64,000 nucleotides of DNA from Candidatus Multivoradales bacterium (GTDB lineage Bacteria; Acidobacteriota; Thermoanaerobaculia; Multivoradales; J023), in the NCBI GenBank assembly GCA_965248925.1, contig CBDFLE010000006.1, forward strand, positions 1,696,001 to 1,760,000, read 5' to 3'. This document shows positions 28,855-38,906 of this stretch, in pieces; position 1 is the first letter of the stretch, and each line of letters begins with the position of its first letter. A model generated the notes under the pieces. The model saw nothing but the letters and a program-made list of their open reading frames with translations. It ran no database searches and had not been told where the DNA came from. A program made the position numbers and the translations under genes.

Positions 28855-28884
28855 GTGAAACTAGGTGAAACTAGGTGAAACTAG
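28855..28884. repeat. Perfect tandem repeat (GTGAAACTAG)x3
   Basis: Read directly from the sequence. Confidence 0.9.
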
Positions 28885-28892
28885 ACCGATGA

Positions 28893-29987
28893 TCAAGGAG
28901 CGAAATCGACCCCATACTGATCCGAGACCGATCGCTCGGCCATGAAATGGTCGAACACCACCTGCCCGCTACCGGTCTGAATGAAGAAACTCTGGAACAT
29001 CCCCAACTGCCAGTAGTCGAACATCTCGCTGGAGTTGTCGAGGTTGTAGATCGAAGTCAGGGTCGAGGTCGATTCGCTGGTGATCATACTACCGTTGCTG
29101 AGTTTGGCATGGAACTGCCCCAAGCCCGAGGTGGTGAGCGAGCCCGATACCCAACTGATCTCGAGAAACTGCGGACTGGTCGCATCGAATGGCACCAGTG
29201 AAGAAACCACCGCACCACCCGTCTGGCTGACTACGTATTGAAGAAGAAACTCGCCACCGACCTTGTTGACCACGACATCGACCAGCGAGGGGCCGGTCGC
29301 GTAACCCTCGCTGAGCCGGAAGATGTGGAAATCAGAGCCGCCGCCAGCGACCACACCACCAAGGTCGATGTAGAAGGAGAAGGTACCGTAGCTCTCGGCG
29401 ATGATGTCGTCGCGACAATTGAGCGGCGGGATCGGGCAGCCAGAACCACTACCACCACCCGCGACCACGATACCGTCATCGCCCTGCATCTCCGCATGGC
29501 CACCCATGGTGTGGATATCGACCGCCATCGAGCCGCTACCAACTAGCGCCGGGGAGTTGGTCCAGTGCACCGGCCCACTCGGCACCCAGAACAGGTCATA
29601 GAACAGGGGATCTTCGAAGTCGGCAAACATGAAAATGGTATGCGCTTCGACCGCATCCGCCTGAGTCTTTGCATGTACTTCATGGCTAGAAGTGACCGTC
29701 AATGACACGTCGAAAGTTCCAGGCGTTTCATAGACGTGGATCGGATGTTCCTCGCTGCTGGTCTGCCCATCACCAAAGTTCCACAGATAGACCAGCCCCG
29801 AGCCACTGACCGTCGACTCGTTGGTGAACTCCACGCTCAAGGGCGCCAGGCCCATGTTGTTCTCTACTGAGAAGTTGACCAGGCGACTCTGCTGCTCACC
29901 CTTGACTGCCGCGGCCGATGGCACCGACAGCAAGACCCAAAAACTTAACCCTAAAGCGCCCATGCGCAAAGCTTGCTTAGCTCTCAT
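28893..29987 (-). CDS. Secreted PKD-domain protein
   Basis: AGGAG before ATG 29987, signal peptide, APLSVEFTNES..WNFGDG..HPIHVY..VSLTVT; paralog of the upstream gene. Confidence 0.8.
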   Translation of the reverse strand: MRAKQALRMGALGLSFWVLLSVPSAAAVKGEQQSRLVNFSVENNMGLAPLSVEFTNESTVSGSGLVYLWNFGDGQTSSEEHPIHVYETPGTFDVSLTVTSSHEVHAKTQADAVEAHTIFMFADFEDPLFYDLFWVPSGPVHWTNSPALVGSGSMAVDIHTMGGHAEMQGDDGIVVAGGGSGSGCPIPPLNCRDDIIAESYGTFSFYIDLGGVVAGGGSDFHIFRLSEGYATGPSLVDVVVNKVGGEFLLQYVVSQTGGAVVSSLVPFDATSPQFLEISWVSGSLTTSGLGQFHAKLSNGSMITSESTSTLTSIYNLDNSSEMFDYWQLGMFQSFFIQTGSGQVVFDHFMAERSVSDQYGVDFAP

Positions 29988-30050
29988 AGTAAATCTCCTG
30001 CTCTCTACTATCGACACAGTGATTCGAACCGACAACCAATGTCTGGTTCA

Positions 30051-31175
30051 TCACGGATTGATCAAGTCGTTCTGGAACTGTGCGGGCACTGTACGGCGGA
30101 CGGTGAATTGGTCGAGAAACAGTCGACCGCCACCGTGCAATGGAAAGAAGCTATCGAACATACCTAGGCGCCAGATATCGAAGCCTTGGTCGTGGTTGTC
30201 GATGTTGAAGACTGAGACCATTTGCCCAGCGTTGTTGCTCAGTATGCCAGTCCCCACAACCTGCAATTCAGCATGGAATTGGCCACTGGCGCTCTGCATC
30301 GCACGGCCGGCCATCCAAGACAGTTCGAGTTCATAGGTCGTGTTGGCAGAGATCGTCCCGGTGGTCGCCGCTAGCGCCTGCCCGTTCTGGTCGACAACGT
30401 ATTCGAGGTAGAAATTGCCGGAGGCCTTATGCACCAGAACTTCGACCAACGAAGCCCCGCTTTCGTCGCCCTCGAAAAGCTGGAAGATCCGAAACCAGGC
30501 TCCATCTTCAGCTTCGACCTCGGCCAGAGAGAATCTAAACGAGAAGATGCCATAGGGCTCATCCTGATTGAAGACAAAGCAAGGAATGGTGGGAATTGGG
30601 CAGCCGCTGCCACTGCCACCCCCGGCAACTACCATGCCGTCATCGCCTTGCATACGCTCTGGAAACCAGAGTCCGTTAGCGAACTCGATAGCGACCGCGA
30701 GGCCACCCACACCTAACAACGCCGGGCTGTCGGTCCAGTGCAATGGACCTCTGACATCGTCCCAAAGGTCGGCGTAGGTATTTTCGTCCTCGAAATCGGC
30801 CAGCATGATGAGGTTCTGGGTCTGGACAAAGCCGCGGCGGGTACCCGAGAACGAACCGCCGGCGGCGCTGGTAATAGTCAGGGTGACATCGAACATGCCC
30901 ACCGAGGTGTAGGTATGAACTGGGTTCTCTTCGCTACTGACCGCACCGTCACCAAAGTCCCAGCGATAAGTCAGCCCAACAGCTTGCAGAATCGTGTTGT
31001 TCTGGAAAGCCACCGCCAACGGAATCGAACCCGAGGAGTTGGTGGCCGAGAACTGCACCCAGGTGTTACTGGAAAAGCCAACCGCCGAAACCGCGGCGAC
31101 CAGAAAAGTCCAAATTGAGAACCCCAGTAGTAGTGTGCGGAAGACTTGTTGTTTCTTCATCATCGTAATCTCCAT
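30051..31175 (-). CDS. Secreted PKD-domain protein (paralog; start may be 31163)
   Basis: Signal peptide, WDFGDG..ENPVHTY..VTLTIT; shares MQGDDGxVVAGGGSGSGCPIP with its neighbour. Confidence 0.8.
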   Translation of the reverse strand: MEITMMKKQQVFRTLLLGFSIWTFLVAAVSAVGFSSNTWVQFSATNSSGSIPLAVAFQNNTILQAVGLTYRWDFGDGAVSSEENPVHTYTSVGMFDVTLTITSAAGGSFSGTRRGFVQTQNLIMLADFEDENTYADLWDDVRGPLHWTDSPALLGVGGLAVAIEFANGLWFPERMQGDDGMVVAGGGSGSGCPIPTIPCFVFNQDEPYGIFSFRFSLAEVEAEDGAWFRIFQLFEGDESGASLVEVLVHKASGNFYLEYVVDQNGQALAATTGTISANTTYELELSWMAGRAMQSASGQFHAELQVVGTGILSNNAGQMVSVFNIDNHDQGFDIWRLGMFDSFFPLHGGGRLFLDQFTVRRTVPAQFQNDLINP

Positions 31176-31240
31176 GTCTCCGTCTATCGAAAAGCCCTAT
31201 CGGCATATCTCCCTTGCAAAAACATGCTGCTCTAACATAC

Positions 31241-31256
31241 TGCAAGGCGCGCGCCA
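31241..31256 (-). promoter_or_regulatory. Sigma54 (-24/-12) promoter for the PKD gene pair
   Basis: TGGCGCGCGCCTTGCA on the minus strand with exact GG-N10-GC spacing, next to a bEBP gene. Confidence 0.75.
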
Positions 31257-31353
31257 ACCTATCCCTATCTAGCTACGGAAGAGCAACTGCCATTATTCTC
31301 AGCGTTTGCGAGTCTATTTAGAAGGCTGCGGCCAGTACATTAGTGAAAAAAGG

Positions 31354-31392
31354 GCGCGATTTCGCGCCTTCGAAGCGCGATTTCGCGCCTTC
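31354..31392. promoter_or_regulatory. Tandem palindromic upstream activator sequences
   Basis: GCGCGATTTCGCGCCTTC twice, 21 bp apart, each with the dyad GCGCGA-TT-TCGCGC, about 100-135 bp upstream of the sigma54 site. Confidence 0.7.
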
Positions 31393-31419
31393 CCTCGATT
31401 TTCACCCAGATGACTTTAG

Positions 31420-33315
31420 TCACTCACTCTGAACCGCGAGCCCATGGCGGTCGATCCGCCGTCGCAGAGCATCGCGGGAGATGCCCAACAAGCGTGCCGC
31501 GGCCACCAACTTACCGCTACTGCTGGCCAGCGCCCGCTCGATGGCGTGGCGCTCGATGCCAGCTAGATTGAAGTCGCCGCGTTGATTCTCCGCCTGCTGC
31601 TGCGCGCTCTGCTGGCGCGGACTGCTGCTCAGCAAATAGGGAGGTGCCCCCGAAATGGTCGGCGATAGAAGAGAGGAGTCAAGCGGCTGAGATTCATGGC
31701 AAGCGTAGACCAACCGCCTGATCTCGTGCTCGAGTTCGCGCACGTTGCCCGGCCAGTCGTAGTCCATCAGCTTGCGCAGCAGTTTGACCGTGACCCCGCG
31801 AATCGGCTTGCCGATTTCGCCGGCGAAGCGCCGAATAAAGTGCTCCACCAACACCGGCACATCGTCGCGGCGCTCCCGCAATGGCGGTACGCACAGGGTG
31901 AAACCCGCCAGGCGATAGTAGAGGTCGGTGCGGAAGGTACCCTCCGCGGTCCGAGCTTGGAGCTTGGTGTTGGTGCAGGAGACCAGGCGAACGTCGGTCT
32001 TGATCGGCATTCCACCCACCGGGTGAATCTCCTTCTCCTGCAAAGCGCGCAGCAGCTTGGCTTGCAACCGGGTCGACATATCGCCGACCTCGTCGAGCAG
32101 TAGAGTGCCGCCGGCGGCGAGTTGGAATTTGCCCTGGCGAGCGGAGACTCCGGTGGCCACGCCCTTTTCGATGCCGAAGAGCTCTGCTTCGAGCAGGTCG
32201 GCGGGAATAGCGGCGCAGTTGATGGCCACGAACGGTCCGTCTACCCGCGCTGAGGAGACGTGGAGAATACGCGCCAGATACTCCTTGCCGACCCCGGTTT
32301 CGCCGGAGATCAAGACCGGCAGATCGCCGACCACCAGGGGCTCCATCTGCGCATAGAGCGCGGTCATTGCCGCCGAAGTACCGACGACATACCCTTCCGG
32401 GAAGTGTAACGATCCCAGTTTGCTCGGTTGCTCGGCCACCGGCGGGCCAGGCACCCGAGTCCGCAGACGATCGATCCAGCGCACCGCCGAACGCAAGAGG
32501 GCCTCGCCCGTTCGGCCGATGTTCTTCTCACCGACCAGTAGGAGGCCAAAGAAGACCCCGTCGGGTCGCTCCACTAGAGCACCCGCGACCGCCGGCTTGC
32601 CAGCGGTTCTGAAACTCTCGAAACGCTCGCGCTGACCACGCTCCTCACGCTGCTGCAGATGCTCTGCCCAGGCTGCTCGGCCAGCTTCCAAGGCACCGTC
32701 GTCGAGCTCTCCAGCGGAGGTCAGGACAGTGGTTTCGCCAACCGGCGGAATCTCGACCAGAAATGCAGCCAACAGATGAAGAGTCTGCACCAATTCGGTC
32801 AGGGCGCCGCCGAGGTCGGCATTCGGTGCCAGGCAGAGGCGCTCGCCGAGACGCTCCACCAATTGCAGCCAATACAGGGGATCGAGCCGCCGCGAGCCGC
32901 TGATCACTCGGGTGGTGTCGCGGGCCGGTGCGGTGGACGGTTTGGCGAAGGCGCCCAACGACACTTCGAAAGCGATCTCGGCATCTTGGGAATCGACCTT
33001 CGCCAACCGCAGCCGGACTCGGCCAAAGCCCAGTTCGTCGCCGGGCACCACCGCCGCCGACCGCACTTGGCGACCGTTGACGAAAGTGCCGTTCTTGCTG
33101 TCCAGATCGCGCAAGGTGATGCTCGAGCTGCCCACCCGCAGCGTTGCGTGGTAGCGCGAAACACCGCTTTCGGCCAAAACTACTTCGTTACTCGGCGCGC
33201 TGCCCAGGCGGTTTTCACCAAAATCCAGTTGGTAGCTGGCCGCGCGGCCCTCGACTCTACCGCTCAGACGGAACCCCGCCAGGGCTGGTGTCGGGTGATC
33301 GGCCGACCCGCTCAT
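31420..33315 (-). CDS. FHA-domain sigma54 enhancer-binding protein (FHA-AAA+-HTH)
   Basis: FHA (VSRYHA, DLDSKNGTFVN), GETGVGKE, GAFTGA variant GVATGV, WPGNVREL, Fis-type HTH. ATG 33315 overlaps the kinase stop. Confidence 0.92.
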   Translation of the reverse strand: MSGSADHPTPALAGFRLSGRVEGRAASYQLDFGENRLGSAPSNEVVLAESGVSRYHATLRVGSSSITLRDLDSKNGTFVNGRQVRSAAVVPGDELGFGRVRLRLAKVDSQDAEIAFEVSLGAFAKPSTAPARDTTRVISGSRRLDPLYWLQLVERLGERLCLAPNADLGGALTELVQTLHLLAAFLVEIPPVGETTVLTSAGELDDGALEAGRAAWAEHLQQREERGQRERFESFRTAGKPAVAGALVERPDGVFFGLLLVGEKNIGRTGEALLRSAVRWIDRLRTRVPGPPVAEQPSKLGSLHFPEGYVVGTSAAMTALYAQMEPLVVGDLPVLISGETGVGKEYLARILHVSSARVDGPFVAINCAAIPADLLEAELFGIEKGVATGVSARQGKFQLAAGGTLLLDEVGDMSTRLQAKLLRALQEKEIHPVGGMPIKTDVRLVSCTNTKLQARTAEGTFRTDLYYRLAGFTLCVPPLRERRDDVPVLVEHFIRRFAGEIGKPIRGVTVKLLRKLMDYDWPGNVRELEHEIRRLVYACHESQPLDSSLLSPTISGAPPYLLSSSPRQQSAQQQAENQRGDFNLAGIERHAIERALASSSGKLVAAARLLGISRDALRRRIDRHGLAVQSE

Positions 33316-36302
33316 CCGCCACCTGTCGAGCCATGCTCTGCCAACCAATTAGCGATCCGACCCGCCTTGAACTCACCCCTGGTGCCCAGGCCGCGATAGC
33401 TGGCCGCAGCTTGCTCAGCTTCGACCAAGGCGCGGTCGTGCTCGCCGCGGCGCCAGAAAAGTCGAGCCAGTGCACTGCGAGCGTCGCCCACATATTCGCC
33501 GGTCGGGCTCTCGCTGACCAAGAACAAGTCCAGGGAGCGCTCCAGGGCCTCGCGAGCCGCGGCGTCTCGGCCAAGTTTTTCGAGCGCCTCACCGACCCCC
33601 AGCAGCGAGTCTGACCACCAGAGATGACTCGGCTCGTACCAGGCCTCCGCCAAGCGGTGGGAGCGACGCGAAAAATGCAACCCCTCGCGTGCCTGCCCAG
33701 CCTCGGTGAGGGTGCGGCCAAGATTGGACAGCAGACCGACCCGCTGCTTCTCGTGTTCGTTCTCGATCGACTCGCGAATCGCCAGCGCCCGGCGGAAATA
33801 GCTCACCGCCTGGGAATACTCGCCCCGCGCCCAATGCACTAGAGCAATGTTGTTCAGCGGCCGGCTGATCTCGCGCGCATTGCCAAGCAGCTCGGTGATC
33901 GTCAGGGCTTGGCGGTGCATCTCGAGGGCCTCCTGCCAACGCGACAGGGAACTCAAGCTGAGTCCCTGGCTGGTCAATGCCCGCGCCACAATGTAGCTGT
34001 TTTCACCATGCTTATCGATCAGTTTTGGCAACGCCCGCTGCTGCAGCTCGATGGCCTCTTCGTAGCGACCGATGAGACGCTTGGCGATGCCCAGATTGGA
34101 TTCGGCCAAACCAACGTCGGGATGGTCGGGCCCAAGGCGGGCTCGACGAATCTCGAGCACCGCGGTCTGGTTTTCAATCGCCGCCGCCAACTCGCGCCGC
34201 TGCAAGTAGATGGCGCTGAGCAACTCGAGCACAAGAGCGGTATTGATCTCCTGATCGCCAAAGACTTGGCGCACGCTCTGCAACGCCTCAAGCGCGACCT
34301 CCTTGGCACGCTCGGAATTGCCGGCAGCGAGTTCGAGCAATGCCTCCTGGCGCTTCAGGTGTACCACCTGGACTGCCCCGCCGGCGCGGCGACGGGTGAC
34401 CCCCTCGATCAACTCGAGATAGCGCTCGGCTTCGCCGCGACGGTCGAGGCGATTGCCCAGCAGATGAACCAATTCCAGCATGGCGTTGATCCGCACCGTC
34501 AGCAGACCGCCTTCGTCGGCCAGACTGGCAGCCCGCACCAAAACGTTTTCAGCCTCTGCGTACTGGCTGGTCCCGATCAACGCCCGACCGAGTTCGAAAT
34601 AGGCAACGCACAGGCCCGGCGGATAGTCGACCCCGTCGCCTTTGGCGACCGCGGCCCGACCCAGCTCCTCCGACTGCTGATACTTGCCAGCAGAATATTG
34701 CGCCTTGGCGGCAACCGCTAGTTCCTCGACGGCGGCAATCTGGCGCCGCACCCCCTGATCCGCGGGCAGCGGCGTCTGCGCGTTCAAGCCTTCGATGTCG
34801 GCACAGCCGGCCACCGGGCTGAGGCTGTTGATTGCCTTGACCGAGGTCTCCAAGATCTGCCGGTCAGCATGGGCAAACAGGCCGATCAAGGCGTCGAATT
34901 CGCGCCACCGACCCTCGAGACAGATCATCCGCCGATCGAGCAACTCTTCGCTCTGTTCGCCCCGCAGACGAGTCGCCGCGCAAGCCTCTTGGTGGCCGCT
35001 GGCCCAGCGCTCGCCATAACGGTCGAGCAAGCTGCTGACCCGATTCCAGGTGTCGGCGGCAAACGGCGCCGCGGTGACCAAGAAAGCCGTGCGCACCGCT
35101 TCGCGACGGCTCCCATTCCATATTTCTTGCAGCCGGGTTTCGGCACCCGAGCACAGCTGGACGCGACTCTGCTGCAGCAAGTACAGACCGAGAAAAGCGA
35201 CAGCCCCCAGCAGCAGCCCACCCCCCACCAACCCCCATCGCCGGTAGCGAGCTGAAGGATCCTCGGTCAGCCCTTGCAGCAAGGCTTGCATCGAGGGATA
35301 GCGTTTCTCAGGCTCCAGCTGCAAACCGCGCAACAGCACTCGCCGCAACCACAAGGGCACCTTTGATCCCACCGCCGGCTCGCGCACTCCGCCGGTACGC
35401 ATATTGATCAGCAGTTCCTTGAGGTTGGCGCCAACGAACGGTAACTCCCCGTAAAGCGCTTCGTAAAGCGAGGCGCAGAAGCTGAACTGGTCGCTGCGCG
35501 AATCCGAGTTCTGCTGCTGGTGCTGCTCGGGAGCCATGTAGGCCGGGGTTCCGAGGGTCGATCCGGTGCGGGTGAGGTTGGCGGTCAGCGGGCTGGCGAT
35601 CTCCTTGCGACGCGCCTCGATGATGCTCTCGACGGCGATTTTCTGACCGCGGGTCGACAGCGCTTCAAGCGGCGCCGCCAAGCCGAAATCCAATACTCGG
35701 ACCCGGCCGTCTTCTCCCAGAACCACGTTGCTGGGTTTGAAATCACGGTGCACCAGGCCTGCCGCGTGCGCCGCCGCCAAGCCGCGCCCGGCCTGCAGGA
35801 AAATCTGGACAATCTCTCGCCATTCCGGCTTTTCGTCGCTCACCCATTCACTCAGGGTGCGTCCCTCGACGAACTCCATGGCGATGAAGACCTGGCCCTC
35901 GTAGGTACCGACATCGTGCACCGCGACGACATTCGGATGGGCCAGCTTGGCCAGTGCCTGTGCCTCGCGCAGCAGCCGCATACGCGCTTCATAGCCATCC
36001 GACGACTCGAAAAGCTCGACCCGCAACAGCTTCAGCGCCACCTTGCGGTCGAGTTCCGGATCGAAGGCGGTGTACACGACCCCCATGCCGCCACCGCCGA
36101 TCAGATCGAGCACGACATAACGACCAAGGCTGGAGCCGCGTTCTAGAACGGTCGGCACGGCAGCCGCGGCGCTGGCCTCGCCCAAAGTCAGCGTCGCGGT
36201 TGGCCGCAGGAGTAGGGGATCCTTCGGTTCGTTCACGGGTTTTCGGAGCGCTCCGCCGCCAAATCCTGAAGATTGAATGCTTAGAGATAGCCTGGGCAAC
36301 AC
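33312..36302 (-). CDS. Membrane Ser/Thr protein kinase with C-terminal TPR repeats (start probably GTG 36236)
   Basis: GGGGMG, VALK, HRDFKPSN, DFGLA, GTPAYMAPEQ, TM helix, TPRs. Confidence 0.93.
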   Translation of the reverse strand: MLPRLSLSIQSSGFGGGALRKPVNEPKDPLLLRPTATLTLGEASAAAAVPTVLERGSSLGRYVVLDLIGGGGMGVVYTAFDPELDRKVALKLLRVELFESSDGYEARMRLLREAQALAKLAHPNVVAVHDVGTYEGQVFIAMEFVEGRTLSEWVSDEKPEWREIVQIFLQAGRGLAAAHAAGLVHRDFKPSNVVLGEDGRVRVLDFGLAAPLEALSTRGQKIAVESIIEARRKEIASPLTANLTRTGSTLGTPAYMAPEQHQQQNSDSRSDQFSFCASLYEALYGELPFVGANLKELLINMRTGGVREPAVGSKVPLWLRRVLLRGLQLEPEKRYPSMQALLQGLTEDPSARYRRWGLVGGGLLLGAVAFLGLYLLQQSRVQLCSGAETRLQEIWNGSRREAVRTAFLVTAAPFAADTWNRVSSLLDRYGERWASGHQEACAATRLRGEQSEELLDRRMICLEGRWREFDALIGLFAHADRQILETSVKAINSLSPVAGCADIEGLNAQTPLPADQGVRRQIAAVEELAVAAKAQYSAGKYQQSEELGRAAVAKGDGVDYPPGLCVAYFELGRALIGTSQYAEAENVLVRAASLADEGGLLTVRINAMLELVHLLGNRLDRRGEAERYLELIEGVTRRRAGGAVQVVHLKRQEALLELAAGNSERAKEVALEALQSVRQVFGDQEINTALVLELLSAIYLQRRELAAAIENQTAVLEIRRARLGPDHPDVGLAESNLGIAKRLIGRYEEAIELQQRALPKLIDKHGENSYIVARALTSQGLSLSSLSRWQEALEMHRQALTITELLGNAREISRPLNNIALVHWARGEYSQAVSYFRRALAIRESIENEHEKQRVGLLSNLGRTLTEAGQAREGLHFSRRSHRLAEAWYEPSHLWWSDSLLGVGEALEKLGRDAAAREALERSLDLFLVSESPTGEYVGDARSALARLFWRRGEHDRALVEAEQAAASYRGLGTRGEFKAGRIANWLAEHGSTGGG

Positions 36303-36445
36303 TGAGAAGAGCTGAGCGGTGATTCTACCCTTCGTACCTTACACGGGTCATTTCGTCCCGTCGCCCAGCTGATAACAAATCGTCTGCGGGCCGAGATCTC
36401 AGACTCCCGCCAGCGGCGGTTGTTGATAAGTTGGCCCGCAGCAGC

Positions 36446-37813
36446 ATGAAATCTCACCTCCCAGTCCCCTCGCCGGTCGATCCCCTTTGGCCCGCTTGGG
36501 CGAAGCTCGGGGCGGTGCTCTTGGTACTGACCGTGCACTGCTCCCTGCTGGCGATCTACTACCTCCCCAGCCCGAAACAGGCGGTGGGTGATGAGCGCAT
36601 CTATCTGACGGCGGCCCGCCATCTGCTGGCTGGCGAGGAGGCTCAGCTCGACCCCCTCTGGCCTCCGCTTTACCCTCGCTTCGTCGCCCAGCTGATGCCG
36701 GCCGACGGCGGCTCGCTGATTCCGGTACAAGCGGTTCAAATCGTCCTGCTGTTGGCCATCGCTTGGATCCTGCGCGATATTGCTCGGCGCCTGTTCGGCT
36801 CGACGCGAGCCGGCGACTTGACGGCGTTGCTGGTGCTGGCCTACCCGCCCTTGGTGGCCTTCTCGCACTACCTGTGGCCCGAGATCCTGCACCTGGCATT
36901 GTTTGTCGCCAGCCTGTGGATCCTCCTCGCCCGGCGACGAGAGCTGCGTTGGATGCCTATCCTCGGTCTGCTTCTCGGCTTGGCACTGCTCACCAAGAGC
37001 CTGCTCGGGCCGTTCTTGCCCCTGCTGTTGGCTCCTCTCTTGATCGGCAGAGGTTTCCGCCACGCCTTGTTGTGCTTGACCTTCGTCGGGCTCGCCCTCG
37101 GAGTCACTATAGCGCCGACCCTGCTGGCTAACCAACGCGCCACCGGCGAGTTGATGATCGCCGACAGCGCGCGCTTCAATCTGTTGCTCGGTCTCACCGC
37201 ACCGACGCGCCGAGCGCTGCCCGACCGGCGGGTGTGGCAGACCTTCGTCGAGTATCGCGACAGTGCCGACAGCTTTGGCGAGCGCAACGCGATCTTGCAG
37301 CTGAAAATCGAACAGCTGGTGGCTGAGCGAGGAATCCCAACGCTGCTCGCGGCCCAGATCAGTCGCCAATATTTTCGCTTGCTCGGCCATCAGAACTACT
37401 TCAGCGCTCAGCTTCCCGGCGGCCCGTTGGCCAATTCGCGGCGGGGCTACGGCGGCCCCCCACGGTTGTTGACCAAGGCATTGGCGGGATTTAGCTCCGT
37501 CTTCTACGGCCTGCTCCTGGTGCTCGGCGCCATCGGCGTGCTGCACCTGCGGCCACGGCACCACCCTGGGCTGTGGCTGGCACTCGCCTTCGTGTCTTAC
37601 AACCTGGTGATTTTTCTTTTTCTGCACGCTATGCCGCGCTACCGCATTCAACTGCTACCAGTGCTGTTTCTGTACACTAGCGGCGCTCTATCTCGTTGGC
37701 TGGAGGACGGTCCTCGGGCTTTTCTCAGGGCACCACGGTGGCGCTCGATCGCCACCATCGCTGTGGCCTCGGTGCTGTTGTTCTTGGCCTTCGGCGGGGG
37801 ACTTATCGACTGA
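36446..37813 (+). CDS. GT-C (PMT/ArnT-like) membrane glycosyltransferase
   Basis: GDE..Y, PPLYP, LWPEILH, LLTK, PRYR; many TM segments. Confidence 0.75.
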   Translation: MKSHLPVPSPVDPLWPAWAKLGAVLLVLTVHCSLLAIYYLPSPKQAVGDERIYLTAARHLLAGEEAQLDPLWPPLYPRFVAQLMPADGGSLIPVQAVQIVLLLAIAWILRDIARRLFGSTRAGDLTALLVLAYPPLVAFSHYLWPEILHLALFVASLWILLARRRELRWMPILGLLLGLALLTKSLLGPFLPLLLAPLLIGRGFRHALLCLTFVGLALGVTIAPTLLANQRATGELMIADSARFNLLLGLTAPTRRALPDRRVWQTFVEYRDSADSFGERNAILQLKIEQLVAERGIPTLLAAQISRQYFRLLGHQNYFSAQLPGGPLANSRRGYGGPPRLLTKALAGFSSVFYGLLLVLGAIGVLHLRPRHHPGLWLALAFVSYNLVIFLFLHAMPRYRIQLLPVLFLYTSGALSRWLEDGPRAFLRAPRWRSIATIAVASVLLFLAFGGGLID

Positions 37814-37955
37814 GCCAGCATCCCGAAGGCCGAAAATCCAGGGGTGGATCCTCTGTAGCTGCATGGCAGGCCGACGAACTAAAGAGATCCAGAGACCCCA
37901 AGAACCATATCAGCTACCCCTTTCAGCTTTTCGACGATCGGTATAGGTTCGGGCA

Positions 37956-38900
37956 ATGGCCAAACCGCTGACCTACGACGCGACATTGATCGAACGCCAG
38001 GATCTAACTTCTTCGCTGGCGATCTTCAAAATTCGACCTGATGAACCCTATACCGACGAGGCGCCCTGGTTCGTCCCCGGCCAGTACGTCACTCTGGGGC
38101 TCAACAACTTCGAACAGCCACAGCTAGGCTCGGTGCGAAGGCCGATGTCGATCGTCTCGGCGCCGCAAGAAAGCGCGGTCATGGAGTTCTACATCCGCTT
38201 CGTCAACCACCCGGAGTCCGACAATCCGCTCACTCACCTACTGTGGAAGACCCAAGCCGGCGACCGCATTTTCATGCGCCCTAAGGCGGTCGGCCGCTTC
38301 ACCCTGCCGCACACGGTGGGCGAGGACGATCCACGGATCAAGATCTGCGTTGCTGCCGGCACCGGGCTGGCGCCTTTCGTCAGCATGGTGCGCAGCGACA
38401 CCCTGCGCGACCCGGCAGCCGACTTGTCGACCTACGCCATCCTGCACGGCGCTTCCTACCCCGATGATCTGGGCTACCAGGAAGAACTCGGCCAACTAGT
38501 CGAGCACAACGGCCTGCGCTACATGACCACCATCAGCCGGCCCAAAGAAGCACCTCATTGGCAGGGAGACTGCGGCCGGGTCGAGGACTACTTCCTCGCC
38601 GACCGCCTGGGCCAGCTCGAGCAACGCATTGGCCTGGATCCTGGCCAACTGACCGCCAAGACCACGGCGATCTTTATCTGCGGTCTCCAAGGCACCATCG
38701 GCCAGACCATTAGCCGCTTGATGGGCCGTGGCTTCGTGCCAGAGAACCGCAAACTCCGCCGCGCGCTCGAAGTCGCGGACGATCTCGCCCCGAGCTTGTT
38801 CTTCGAGCAATACGACAGCACGCCGGTGATCGACATCAAAGATCCAACAGTGATCGAGCCGTTGCGCGACGAGCTGCAGGCGGCGCTGGCCAAGCTCTAG
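37956..38900 (+). CDS. Ferredoxin/flavodoxin-NADP+ reductase family
   Basis: PGQYVTLG, RRPMSIVS, AAGTGLAPF, TISR, FICG. Confidence 0.85.
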   Translation: MAKPLTYDATLIERQDLTSSLAIFKIRPDEPYTDEAPWFVPGQYVTLGLNNFEQPQLGSVRRPMSIVSAPQESAVMEFYIRFVNHPESDNPLTHLLWKTQAGDRIFMRPKAVGRFTLPHTVGEDDPRIKICVAAGTGLAPFVSMVRSDTLRDPAADLSTYAILHGASYPDDLGYQEELGQLVEHNGLRYMTTISRPKEAPHWQGDCGRVEDYFLADRLGQLEQRIGLDPGQLTAKTTAIFICGLQGTIGQTISRLMGRGFVPENRKLRRALEVADDLAPSLFFEQYDSTPVIDIKDPTVIEPLRDELQAALAKL

Positions 38901-38906
38901 AGCGGC

